DNA of 64,000 bases from Thermoproteota archaeon (GTDB lineage Archaea > Thermoproteota > Thermoprotei_A > Sulfolobales > Ignisphaeraceae): assembly GCA_030550585.1 (NCBI GenBank), contig JAUQPB010000001.1, forward strand, positions 128,001-192,000, written 5' to 3'. Below are positions 30,896-40,783 of the stretch, one piece after another (position 1 is the stretch's first letter; each line of letters begins with the position of its first letter). Below the pieces are notes generated by a model. That model had not been told where the DNA came from. It was given only the letters and a program-made list of their open reading frames with translations, and ran no database searches. Position numbers and translations under genes: made by a program.

Positions 30896-31126
30896 TTATT
30901 CAACTTTTATCGATCCTGTTGGGCAGGAGGATGCAGCATTCTTTGCTGCTTCAACTAGGTTATCAGGGATTTCACCAACTGATTGCTTCTCATTATCACT
31001 CTTTCTATAGGGATCCCTAATCCTTGTTTTGCCTGTTGCTGGATCAAGCTCAAATATGTCTGGTGCTAGTGCCCAGCACACTCCACATGCTATACATGTC
31101 TCCTTATCCACTGTTACCTTAGCCAT
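30896..31126 (-). CDS. Single-cluster ferredoxin
   Basis: MAKVTVDKETCIACGVCWALAP...CPTGSI; start trimmed to ATG 31126 after a GGTG SD. Confidence 0.93.
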   Translation of the reverse strand: MAKVTVDKETCIACGVCWALAPDIFELDPATGKTRIRDPYRKSDNEKQSVGEIPDNLVEAAKNAASSCPTGSIKVE

Positions 31127-31230
31127 TTTTTGCACCACTGTATCATTCAATGAGGTGAGCTTTAAAGCGTTTTGGGTAATAACAGAGATTGTGTAGCCGC
31201 TCCATTGCTTGGCATGATACCTTTGAATTC

Positions 31231-32478
31231 CTATTGTCTTGCAGAATAAACACCATTGAATTGGGTAGCTGCTCTGTTTAGGGTTCTGAGCCACGGAATC
31301 TTTACCGGCGCCATTGCTATTAGTGCTAGAAAGCCTTGGAAAATCCAGTTGACTGGAACAAGCAAGAGTACTGGGTCTAAGAATCTTTGGTGTAGTATTA
31401 GGTAGCTTGGCGCAAGAGCTATGGAAATCAACTCTATTTTTGCTAGGACAACTGTAAAGGCGGGTACTTGAATGAATTGTGATGCTATCAGCACTATGGC
31501 TGCTAGGAATGGTGCTGTCAATGCTACTGGCTGCAGATAGGTTAGCGACAGTAGAACAAGTTTTTTCTTGTTCAAAAACCTTCTATGTTTTACTATAGTA
31601 TCCTTAAAACATTGCAGTGTGCCTCTATACCATCTAATTCTCTGGTTGATCAAGCTCCTCAAATTTGATGGTGCGCCCTCAATAATAGGGCTATCCAGAA
31701 GTGCTATGTTTTCATTGTAGAATGATGCTAGTATAGATAGATATGCGTCTTCCGCTAGAACCTCTGGCAGCCCACCGATCTTTTCTATGAACTTCGATGA
31801 AATTGTCAAGCCCTCTCCACTGACAAGAGGCATGCCTACAAGTTTTGCTAACCCAGGCAATCCAACGTTATACCAAAGAAATGTGTCTATATATGACAGC
31901 TTCCCAATAACATTGTTGCCAACTCTATAGACCTTTGCACCGACAATACTGTAGCCACTCATAACGAGCTTCGCAACCTTTTCAAAATATGTGTTATCCA
32001 GTATGTTGTCTCCTCCATCCAAGACGACAAAGGCTCCATAGAAACCCTTTATATGTTTTAGAATAGAGTTTATCGATGACGCTTTAGACTTTCTACCATC
32101 TCTATTCACATATATGTAAAGGTTAAACCCTTTTTCAACAACAATGCTAGATAGTTCGAGCACGCTAATAAGAGATTTTTGGTCACAATCTTCAAGAATT
32201 GCATAGACATCTACTCTCCCAAGCCTATACCTCTGCCTGCTAATACTCTTGAAAGTCTCCTCTATCGATGTCGCATCCTCCATGTATAGAGGGACAAGAA
32301 CAGCTATATCAAACGGATCATCATTATTGCCATTGACACCATTATCTATGCTGATGTTTAGCCAGATCTTATTCTTGAGATTGCTTATAGCACTAAAGAA
32401 AGATGGTATTCCATAAACGAAAGACATTATTATAATAGACGCTGGTATATACCAAAACACTGCAAGCATTAGCAACAA
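31231..32478 (-). CDS. Membrane glycosyltransferase family 2
   Basis: VPLYME, KASSIN, LDGGD, LAED, QRIRW; flanking TM helices. Confidence 0.88.
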   Translation of the reverse strand: MLLMLAVFWYIPASIIIMSFVYGIPSFFSAISNLKNKIWLNISIDNGVNGNNDDPFDIAVLVPLYMEDATSIEETFKSISRQRYRLGRVDVYAILEDCDQKSLISVLELSSIVVEKGFNLYIYVNRDGRKSKASSINSILKHIKGFYGAFVVLDGGDNILDNTYFEKVAKLVMSGYSIVGAKVYRVGNNVIGKLSYIDTFLWYNVGLPGLAKLVGMPLVSGEGLTISSKFIEKIGGLPEVLAEDAYLSILASFYNENIALLDSPIIEGAPSNLRSLINQRIRWYRGTLQCFKDTIVKHRRFLNKKKLVLLSLTYLQPVALTAPFLAAIVLIASQFIQVPAFTVVLAKIELISIALAPSYLILHQRFLDPVLLLVPVNWIFQGFLALIAMAPVKIPWLRTLNRAATQFNGVYSARQ

Positions 32479-32613
32479 CCTCTAAAAACTGTCTCTACTC
32501 CTTAAATATAAGCTTTTAAAACCAATTGGATATCGTATCCATTAGAAAAACAAGGTTTATAAAAAGCCTATCAGCATAGTTCTAAAGAGAGGTATACTAA
32601 GAGGTGTAGAGCT

Positions 32614-35067
32614 ATAGAGACAAACCAACAGTCGTTCAAGCCAAGATTCAATGAAACTAGATGGCGCAAGGAGATAGAGAAGAAGCTTATTGAACAGTGG
32701 GAAAAAGAAGGTTTGTTCAACTTCAGATTCGATTCGTCAAAACCGACATTGATAATCGACACACCACCTCCATACATATCAGGCAAGCCACATGTTGGAC
32801 AAGCTGCACACTATGTCCAGATAGATATGGTGGCAAGAGCCTATAGAATGCTTGGCTATAATGTCCTCGTTCCATTCTATGGCGACAGAAACGGACTACC
32901 CGTTGAGGTATTTGTTGAAAGAACCTATGGAATTAACCCACACGAAGTTGCAAAAACAGCTGAAGGAAGAGAGAAGTTTCTGGAGCTCTGCAAAACACAT
33001 TTAGATAATGTTGAGAAGGACTTCATAAACTTGTGGAGAGCCCTTGGATGCTCTTTCGAGTATTGGAGAGAAGGAACAGACAGTGTTGAATATAGGAAAG
33101 TGACTCAAACAACGTTTATAGAGCTATGGAAAAGAGGTCTGATTTACGAGGCTGAGAGACCCGTTTTGTGGTGTCCACGTTGTGGTACCTCGCTTGCTGA
33201 GGCCGAGGTTGAGTATAAAGAAGAAGATGCTGAAATCTACTACATTAAATTTCCGTTGATAGGCAGTGGAGAGGTTGTTATTGCAACCACAAGGCCAGAG
33301 CTACTAGCCTCTTGCCTAATCTTAGCATACAATCCAAATGATGCTAGATACAAGCATCTGAAGGGTAGAAAGGCCCTTGTACCACTCTACAACTATGAAA
33401 TAAATATCGTTGAACACCCATCTGTAGACCCCTCTTTCGGCACGGGTATTATGATGATTTGTAGCTATGGTGATCAAACAGATGTTAGGATAATTAGAGA
33501 GCTTGGTTTAAAGCCTAGAATATCGATTGATGAAAGGGGTAGGCTAACAGATGAGCTGCTAAAGGGCTTGAGCATCAAAGAGGCTAGGAAGACCATTGTG
33601 AATATGCTGAGAGAAAAAGGATTTATTGTGAAGACAGAGAAGATTAAGAGAAATGTGCCAGTTTGTTGGCGGTGTGGAACACCGATAGAGATAATCCATA
33701 TGAGGGAATATTTCCTAAAACAGCTGGAATTCAAAGATGCTATGCTGAAGATAGCTAAAGAAGCTAGATTCGTTCCCGAGGAGCACAGAATTAAGTTGAT
33801 TAACTGGATAGAGTCTATAACAATGGATTGGCCAATCTCTAAAACAAGATACTATGCAACCGAGGTACCTACATGGAGATGCCTAAACTGTGGAGCTATT
33901 CTAGTGCCAGAGCCTGGGAGATACTATAGACCATGGAAAGAGCCTCCACCGTGGGATAAATGCCCATACTGTGGAGCGCCAAAGGATAGGATAGTAGGTG
34001 AGACCAAGGTATTCGACACATGGTTCGACTCATCAATATCTGTTCTCTACGCAGCTGGAATAACGAAGTATCCCAATGTCTTCAAGCTATACCTAAATGG
34101 AGATGCAAAGGCTTTGAGACCACAAGGATACGATATAATAAGGACATGGCTTTACTACAGCCTGTTGAGAGTATACCAGCTTTATGGAAAAATAGCCTTT
34201 GACTATATTAGAGTAAGTGGTATGGGTCTCGACGAAAGAGGAGAGGCAATGCACAAGAGCAAGGGCAATGTTATTCTCCCAGACCCCTACCTAGAGAAAT
34301 ACGGCGCGGACTCCTTCAGATTTTGGAGCGCGATGGCATCTAAGCTAGGCAGTGACTACAGGTTCTCAGAGCAGATGATAAAAACAGGTTCGCTATTCGT
34401 TGTAAAGCTTTTGAACATAGCGAGATTTGTATCGGCATTCCCAATAATCGAGAAGGTTGAAGTTCTTTATCCTCTTGACATAGCGCTTTTGGCAAAGCTC
34501 AACAATGTAATAGAAGTTGTTAGAAGAGGATATGAAAACATGGACTTCTACGAGCCCATCCACCAAATATACCACTTCACATGGGATATATTCGCAGACC
34601 ACTATCTAGAAATGGTTAAGCATAGAGCGTATGGCACTGCAAAAAGTGATTATACAGAGCTTGAACAGAAAAGCGCTTGGTTCACCCTACACACCACTTT
34701 GAAATCGATTCTACTTCTGCTTGCACCCATAATGCCATTTGTAACAGACTATATATGGAGGAACATGTATGGAGAGACCTCTATACACTTAGAGATGCTA
34801 CCATCAAAAATTGCTCTACCCGAAAACGCTGAGAACCTAAGCAAATTATTTGATTTGGTGATGAATATAAACAGTGCTATCTGGAAATACAAGAAAGAGA
34901 ACAACATTAGATTTTCAGAAGAGCTCAAAGCCACTTTGTACATACCAAAAGAGCTTGAGATGTTCGCAAAAGACATTAAAAATCTGCACAAGGTGGTCAA
35001 AGTAGATTTTGGAATACCTGAAAAACCGTTTGTAGAGCTAGGCTATGGAGCTTTTCTAAAAATTTGA
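32614..35067 (+). CDS. valS: Valyl-tRNA synthetase
   Basis: IDTPPP, HVGQ (HIGH), GTG, DWPIS, DTWFDSS, MHKSKGN (KMSKS). The reading frame continues upstream of TTG 32713 to ATA 32614, behind a GAGGTG SD. Confidence 0.95.
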   Translation: METNQQSFKPRFNETRWRKEIEKKLIEQWEKEGLFNFRFDSSKPTLIIDTPPPYISGKPHVGQAAHYVQIDMVARAYRMLGYNVLVPFYGDRNGLPVEVFVERTYGINPHEVAKTAEGREKFLELCKTHLDNVEKDFINLWRALGCSFEYWREGTDSVEYRKVTQTTFIELWKRGLIYEAERPVLWCPRCGTSLAEAEVEYKEEDAEIYYIKFPLIGSGEVVIATTRPELLASCLILAYNPNDARYKHLKGRKALVPLYNYEINIVEHPSVDPSFGTGIMMICSYGDQTDVRIIRELGLKPRISIDERGRLTDELLKGLSIKEARKTIVNMLREKGFIVKTEKIKRNVPVCWRCGTPIEIIHMREYFLKQLEFKDAMLKIAKEARFVPEEHRIKLINWIESITMDWPISKTRYYATEVPTWRCLNCGAILVPEPGRYYRPWKEPPPWDKCPYCGAPKDRIVGETKVFDTWFDSSISVLYAAGITKYPNVFKLYLNGDAKALRPQGYDIIRTWLYYSLLRVYQLYGKIAFDYIRVSGMGLDERGEAMHKSKGNVILPDPYLEKYGADSFRFWSAMASKLGSDYRFSEQMIKTGSLFVVKLLNIARFVSAFPIIEKVEVLYPLDIALLAKLNNVIEVVRRGYENMDFYEPIHQIYHFTWDIFADHYLEMVKHRAYGTAKSDYTELEQKSAWFTLHTTLKSILLLLAPIMPFVTDYIWRNMYGETSIHLEMLPSKIALPENAENLSKLFDLVMNINSAIWKYKKENNIRFSEELKATLYIPKELEMFAKDIKNLHKVVKVDFGIPEKPFVELGYGAFLKI

Positions 35068-35080
35068 TTTGTGAAACAAA

Positions 35081-35614
35081 ATGGTTTTTATAGTTGTTGA
35101 CATAGCTGTTGAAGAGTCTTTTGGCCTCATCAAGGCTAGTAGAGTATTGAGAGACTGTGGCGTTGACCCAAAAAACATGCGCATCGACACATTTTACAAC
35201 ACCATTAGAATAATAGTAAACGATGTGAGCAAAATCCAGTGTGTCTCAAAAGTTAAGGGTTATGCCACACTCGAGATAAGGTCTGTATTCAGATGCGAAA
35301 ACATTGAAAATGTTTTTGCCAAAGCTGGTTTTGTGAAAGCGCCAAAGGCTTTCCAGCGCATAGTAGGCTATATACCAACCAATGATGGAACTGTAATCAT
35401 ACAGAGGACTTCAAAAAGAGACGTCTACCTAGCCAAGGCATGTACAGCTAGAAGAATTGAGCTTCCTCTGCCATCATCGGCATGCATAATAGCTGTTAAT
35501 AGCGATGCCGATTTAGAAAAAGCGAAAAAAATTGCGGTGTATTTGAACCAGCTAGAGAAAATGCTTGAAAATTTGTGTCAGTCAGCTTCTACTAGTGGTG
35601 TAGACAACCAATAG
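35081..35614 (+). CDS. Hypothetical protein
   Basis: ATG ORF 13 nt after valS. Confidence 0.6.
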   Translation: MVFIVVDIAVEESFGLIKASRVLRDCGVDPKNMRIDTFYNTIRIIVNDVSKIQCVSKVKGYATLEIRSVFRCENIENVFAKAGFVKAPKAFQRIVGYIPTNDGTVIIQRTSKRDVYLAKACTARRIELPLPSSACIIAVNSDADLEKAKKIAVYLNQLEKMLENLCQSASTSGVDNQ

Positions 35615-35908
35615 ACTGTCTATGTAATCGAGGATATAGTATTCAATTGTGTCTGCCTCCTCATGCTCAACAACAATTATTGGTAGTCCCCCTGTTGAGA
35701 TTCCCTGTTTAGCCAAGGCAACTAAGATCTTCCCAAAAGACTCAAGATCTTTTACAAAAACCTTTATGCATCGGTTGTCAGGGCATATGGGCTTTCCCTT
35801 AGCAAATACTATTGCTCCGCTTACCCCCAGCTCCGTTTCAATACTTGAAACCAGTTCGTAAACCCTTTTTCTATTCTCCATATTATAGACCGCAAAAATT
35901 TTAGTCAT
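35582..35908 (-). CDS. Hypothetical protein
   Basis: 108-aa ATG ORF, protein-like composition. Confidence 0.6.
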   Translation of the reverse strand: MTKIFAVYNMENRKRVYELVSSIETELGVSGAIVFAKGKPICPDNRCIKVFVKDLESFGKILVALAKQGISTGGLPIIVVEHEEADTIEYYILDYIDSLLVVYTTSRS

Positions 35909-35926
35909 GTAGAAACTTTTTATAGG

Positions 35927-36724
35927 TTGTGGCAGACCATGGTTGTTGTATCACCAAATTTGATAAACTATCATATCTCGTCGTCGAGCCTTCTCAAAGA
36001 AGCCTATCAAGCAATTGAAAGTGATGAGGAGCTCTCAACTCTTTTGAAGATGAGCAATATAATGGCTGTAACCAGACTGAGGTACAATGACCATGGCCTC
36101 ACACATGCTAGGATAGTTGCTGGTGTGGCACTAGAAATGGTTGATATATTGAATAGCCATGGCGTTGAGTTCACAACTATGAGAGATGGGACAACAAAGA
36201 ACATTGATGAGGTCAAGCTTATTGTGATGCTCACCGGATACATGCATGACATTGGAAACGCCGTGCACAGGTTTCAACATGAGTTTATAGGTGCTTTGCT
36301 AGCCAAAGATATTTTGAATAGAATTCTGACCCGGCTTGGATTTGACAGGAAAAGAGTTGTTGAATTGCGCCAAGAGGTTATGCATATGATATACTCTACC
36401 GAGTACAATGTTCAGTGCCTAACAATAGAATGTGGAATAACTAAAGTAGCTGACGGACTTGACATGGCTGAGGGGAGGGCCAGGATACCATACAAACTCG
36501 GGAAAATCGATATGCATGCCATTTCAGCGCTAAGCATAAAGCGTGTTGAGATTGAAAGAGGTGATTCAAAGCCTATTAGAGTGTCTGTCTACATGGGTGA
36601 TATGGCTGGGCTTTTCCAGCTTGAGGTTGTTCTAATGCCAAAAATTAGAACGAGTCTATTGGGCGATTATATAGAGATCTTCGTGTATACAGATTCTAAA
36701 CAGTTTAGATACTATCCAAAGTAG
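35927..36724 (+). CDS. HD-superfamily phosphohydrolase (COG3294-like)
   Basis: YNDHGLTHA, YMHDIGNAVHR, ADGLDMAEGRAR. Confidence 0.88.
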   Translation: MWQTMVVVSPNLINYHISSSSLLKEAYQAIESDEELSTLLKMSNIMAVTRLRYNDHGLTHARIVAGVALEMVDILNSHGVEFTTMRDGTTKNIDEVKLIVMLTGYMHDIGNAVHRFQHEFIGALLAKDILNRILTRLGFDRKRVVELRQEVMHMIYSTEYNVQCLTIECGITKVADGLDMAEGRARIPYKLGKIDMHAISALSIKRVEIERGDSKPIRVSVYMGDMAGLFQLEVVLMPKIRTSLLGDYIEIFVYTDSKQFRYYPK

Positions 36725-37421
36725 GGAAGCTTGTAAAACACCGGATGTTTAGAGAAGACGAGCAAACATCTCTAATTTCACCCCCTCTATTTATTGAAAG
36801 TGTTAGCGATTCATAGTCTCTCCATGTAGGTATGCCAACTCTATACATGCAAAAAGATCCTTGAGCACTGTGCACACATCCGCCGAGCCCCCTCCCAGCG
36901 ATAACGTCCCTCATGGAGAGCAAATCTTTTTTAGATGGTATAGGTGGATATCCCCTTGGGTGTGTATGTGCAATGAATACAATATCCTCTATATGGGGTA
37001 TGTAAACAGTTTTTTCAAAGCCTTGAACAACTATCGATATTCCCTTAGCCAACACAACCTCCATATACTCAACATCCTCAAATAGATGTTTGTGGAGATG
37101 TGTTTTGGTAATATTGTAAAAGGCATTGAAAAGTTTTTGCAGAATGGATGAAAGACTTGTGTTTAGACATTCTGCCTCCTCTTCACAAACAAATTCAATG
37201 TTTCTTCCAAGGATATGCTCCCTACTGTTGCACAGCTTATCATCTCCGAGAACCCGAACCTTGACGGTATTTCCCTCGAAGATATCACCATCTATACAAA
37301 AGCTTATGGGCCTCTTCTCTTCGAGCATATCCTCAATAATGTATTCAACATGTGTTAGAATATTGTATGCCTCTACATACTTAGCAAGATCTTTGTCATC
37401 GATAATCTTCTCGTATTTCAT
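36705..37421 (-). CDS. Hypothetical protein with JAB/MPN+-like motif
   Basis: E...AHTHPRGYPPIPSKKD resembles the JAMM motif HxHx7-8SxxD. Confidence 0.6.
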   Translation of the reverse strand: MKYEKIIDDKDLAKYVEAYNILTHVEYIIEDMLEEKRPISFCIDGDIFEGNTVKVRVLGDDKLCNSREHILGRNIEFVCEEEAECLNTSLSSILQKLFNAFYNITKTHLHKHLFEDVEYMEVVLAKGISIVVQGFEKTVYIPHIEDIVFIAHTHPRGYPPIPSKKDLLSMRDVIAGRGLGGCVHSAQGSFCMYRVGIPTWRDYESLTLSINRGGEIRDVCSSSLNIRCFTSFPTLDSI

Positions 37422-37433
37422 AATAAAATGCCT

Positions 37434-39002
37434 TTAGAGCGGCATTAAACCATGTTTCTTTGGAGGTCTTGGCCTAATATCTCTCTTCGTTATAAAGAAG
37501 TTTAGCGCCTCTACTAAGACCCTCCTCGTCTCAGCGGGCTCTATAATTGCATCGATATACCCTCTAGAGGCGGCGTAGTAAGGTGTTGTAAGCTTCTTTC
37601 TATACTCTTCAACAAGCTTCTTCAACATTTCTTCACGCTCCTTCTCATCTTTTATAGCCTGCAGCTCTTTGCGCCACACTATCTCGGCTGCTGCCTCCGG
37701 CCCCATGACGGCTATCTCGGCTGTTGGCCACGCAACAACAAAGTCTGCTCCAAGGTGTTTTGAGCCCAGAGCTATGTAGGCTCCTCCATAGGCTTTTCTG
37801 ACAATCACAGTTAGCTTTGGTGTTGTAGCCTCTGCATATGCATATATGATCTTTGCCCCGTGTCTGATGATACCTCTATGCTCCTGGAATGTTCCAGGTA
37901 AGAAGCCTGGCACATCAACGAATGTTACTATTGGTAGGTTGAAGGAGTCGCAAAATCTCACAAACCTTGCTATCTTATCGGATGAGTCTATGTCTAGAGA
38001 CCCCATGTAGTAGAGCGGCTGGTTTGCAACAACACATATAGAATATCCATCAAGTCTGGCAAACCCCACTATAGCGTTTTTAGCGAAATCCTTTTGAACC
38101 TCGAAGAACGTGTTTCTATCTACAACAGCATTTATTATGTCATACATGTTGTATGGCTTTGCAGGATCTTCTGGAACAATGTTGTTTAGCATAGGCTCTA
38201 ATCTCTGTGGATCATCGCCAACTTCTACCCTAGGCGGAAGCTCTAGACTATTTGATGGCAGGTACGAGAGAAGTGTCTTAACAATCTCTATAGCCTCTTT
38301 ATCATCCCTCGCAACAAAGTGTGCCACACCACTCTTGCTAGCCTGTATCTCAGCCCCTCCAAGCTCATACTCTGTGACCTCCTCACCTATAGCAGCTTTA
38401 ACCACCTTTGGCCCTGTTATAAACATATAAGATGTTTTAGAAACCATTATGATAAAGTCCATTAGAGCTGGCGAGTAGACAGCACCACCAGCACAAGGAC
38501 CCATTATAACGGCTATCTGTGGTATCGAGCCGGAAGCCAATACATTCATATAGAATATGTCGCCATAGCCTTTTAGCGAGTCCACCCCCTCCTGGATCCT
38601 AGCACCGCCAGAGTCGTTCAGAAAAACCACTGGAACACCAACACTCAAAGCAAACTGCATAGCCTTAACAATTTTCGCTGCATGCATCTCACCCACAGAT
38701 CCACCCATAAATGTAAAGTCTTGTGCAATACCAACAACGTTTCTGCCATTGACCTTGCCAAACGCTGTTACAACACCATCTCCAAAAGCTTTTTTCTCGC
38801 TCATACCAAACTCTGTAGCCCTATGTGTCACAAACATGTCGAACTCTGTGTAAATACCATTGTCAAACAGCAGCTCTAGCCTCTCCCTTGCCGTGAGTTT
38901 GCCGGCTGCATGCTGCCTGTTTATCGCCTCAAGACCGCCTCCAAGCTTTGCTTTCTCAATGTTTTTCTTCAGCTCCTCTATCTCCTTCCTCGCAAAATCC
39001 AT
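37434..39002 (-). CDS. Acyl-CoA carboxyltransferase (PccB/MmdA family)
   Basis: GKLTARER, GDGVVT, DSGGARIQEG, GPCAGGAVYSPA, VDVPGFLPG, RKAYGGAY, KKHG. Confidence 0.95.
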   Translation of the reverse strand: MDFARKEIEELKKNIEKAKLGGGLEAINRQHAAGKLTARERLELLFDNGIYTEFDMFVTHRATEFGMSEKKAFGDGVVTAFGKVNGRNVVGIAQDFTFMGGSVGEMHAAKIVKAMQFALSVGVPVVFLNDSGGARIQEGVDSLKGYGDIFYMNVLASGSIPQIAVIMGPCAGGAVYSPALMDFIIMVSKTSYMFITGPKVVKAAIGEEVTEYELGGAEIQASKSGVAHFVARDDKEAIEIVKTLLSYLPSNSLELPPRVEVGDDPQRLEPMLNNIVPEDPAKPYNMYDIINAVVDRNTFFEVQKDFAKNAIVGFARLDGYSICVVANQPLYYMGSLDIDSSDKIARFVRFCDSFNLPIVTFVDVPGFLPGTFQEHRGIIRHGAKIIYAYAEATTPKLTVIVRKAYGGAYIALGSKHLGADFVVAWPTAEIAVMGPEAAAEIVWRKELQAIKDEKEREEMLKKLVEEYRKKLTTPYYAASRGYIDAIIEPAETRRVLVEALNFFITKRDIRPRPPKKHGLMPL

Positions 39003-39034
39003 TTAAACACCACATTCAAAGACATGCGGAGACA

Positions 39035-39051
39035 GCGATAAATAAGACTTA
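39035..39051 (-). promoter_or_regulatory. TATA-containing promoter element of the carboxyltransferase gene
   Basis: GCGATAAATAAGACTTA (+), about 33 nt before the start; 16/17 identical to 43275-43291. Confidence 0.6.
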
Positions 39052-39133
39052 CTAAAGTGTATTCAAGATCGAGGTTCTTCAATAGGATTTAGAGCCAAGA
39101 TAAACTGCATTTGTCTTTGGTGCTTCGAAAATG

Positions 39134-40690
39134 CTACATAATCTTAGAGAGTATGTGAAGAACCTCCTCCCTAAGCTTGTCAACGCTTATAGCTTTCTGT
39201 CGCAGATATTCGGCCAGATCCTCTAACTCTTTTGCAATTTCGTCTAGGAAGAAGTTTTCTCTAATCCATTTCGCCAAATCTCTTCTCATAATGTGGTAGG
39301 CTAGCGACTCCGGTGGCACCATCTTTATTAGGGCTTCCAGCTCTTTAATCGTCCGAGCCTTGTAAGGCAGCGGTCTTCCAGGACCTTGGTAAAAGTGGAA
39401 AGCTTTTTTGTCTGGAACAACAATCTTTTTTGCATATACCAATGGTTTTGAGGACACCTCCTCAAGAACAATTGTGGCGAGCATTGTTAGTGCCTCTAAA
39501 TATGTTGTGTAAGCCACTACAACATCTTTATAGGGAGAGAAGTAGTTATGCACATCTCCTGCAGCACCTGTTTTTGTGGCTATGTAGTATAGGTGGTCGC
39601 TTGATCCGAGCTGCCTCCAGATTCTAAGAGCCTCGCCTCCAACAGCTTTTACATATGGCTCGAGGCTCGCATAATACTCGAATAGAGTTTTCTGAAAGCT
39701 GTTGCCAAGCCATGCTGATAAATCTCTTTCATCAGCCCAGCTTATTGTTTCCCAGACACTGACATCTATATAGTCCCTTGGACTATTTCTATAAGCTGCT
39801 TCGTAAGGAGATGCCACATATATATTGTCATGTTTTGCAATTTCAATTGGAAGCCACTTTAGAAACTCTAGTATCCCTGTCGATGGGTGGTGATGCTCTC
39901 CAAAAGTTTCATAATCTATGGCCACTAGTATCACATCTCCAAAGGTTTTCGAAAGCCAATATGCATATTTATCAGCTGTTAATGGATATTGATCCCAGTT
40001 CCTATCCGAGAATCTAAATCCTATATCATCGCTAAGTCTGTAGTTCCTCATTAAAATCCTTACATCGCATCCTCTAGCGCTATAGACATAGTTTGGGCTT
40101 CTCCAGCCAAGAACCCTTTCCACACCCTCAGTTAGAACAACCTTGTAGCCAAGTCTGCTCAATGTACACGCAATTTCATTGTTGTATATGAACTCAGTGT
40201 TCTCTGCAACCCTAGGTGTGACACCAAAAACCTCTTTAATCAATGTTCTGTGGAGTTCTACCTGCTCAACAAATTCATCTACAGAGAAGAGCGATGCTAA
40301 ACTGTGATAATATGTTTGCTCAACAAGCTCAACAGCATCCTCTGCTACAGCCTCGCTAATAACGTCTATAACCCTTCTATCCCACTTCATTGCCTGCTCT
40401 ACTAGCACACCACTTAAACTCATTGAAAATTTGAAGTCCTTCCCCATTTTCCTAACATTTCTGATGCTCTCCAAAAGTATTTTCGTGGCCTTCACATAAC
40501 ATCTTTCAGCAACTCTAGTGAATATACTTCTGTTTGTCTCATCATCGAATATTACATCGGAGAGATTATCCAGAGACAGTCTTTTTCTATTGCCATTAAA
40601 AAGAATGTGCTTAAGCAAATCTCTTCTCAACCTGTAAGGCTGATGCAACTCAAACATGAAGACAACGTCAACCATCTTAATCACCTCCAA
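39134..40690 (-). CDS. GH57 alpha-amylase-like protein with C-terminal DUF5752-like domain
   Basis: ELHQP, TYYHSL, NTEF, SDDIGFRFS, DYETFGEH, SSDHLYY; C-terminal AFHF..ARTIKEL..SLAYH..DLAKWI. Confidence 0.9.
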   Translation of the reverse strand: MEVIKMVDVVFMFELHQPYRLRRDLLKHILFNGNRKRLSLDNLSDVIFDDETNRSIFTRVAERCYVKATKILLESIRNVRKMGKDFKFSMSLSGVLVEQAMKWDRRVIDVISEAVAEDAVELVEQTYYHSLASLFSVDEFVEQVELHRTLIKEVFGVTPRVAENTEFIYNNEIACTLSRLGYKVVLTEGVERVLGWRSPNYVYSARGCDVRILMRNYRLSDDIGFRFSDRNWDQYPLTADKYAYWLSKTFGDVILVAIDYETFGEHHHPSTGILEFLKWLPIEIAKHDNIYVASPYEAAYRNSPRDYIDVSVWETISWADERDLSAWLGNSFQKTLFEYYASLEPYVKAVGGEALRIWRQLGSSDHLYYIATKTGAAGDVHNYFSPYKDVVVAYTTYLEALTMLATIVLEEVSSKPLVYAKKIVVPDKKAFHFYQGPGRPLPYKARTIKELEALIKMVPPESLAYHIMRRDLAKWIRENFFLDEIAKELEDLAEYLRQKAISVDKLREEVLHILSKIM

Positions 40691-40783
40691 TTCAATATCT
40701 AGAGATTATTCGACACAAATGTAGTTGAATGATGAAATAGGTTTATTAACTTACTCCCTTCATGGCATAACAAACCCCGCTCT

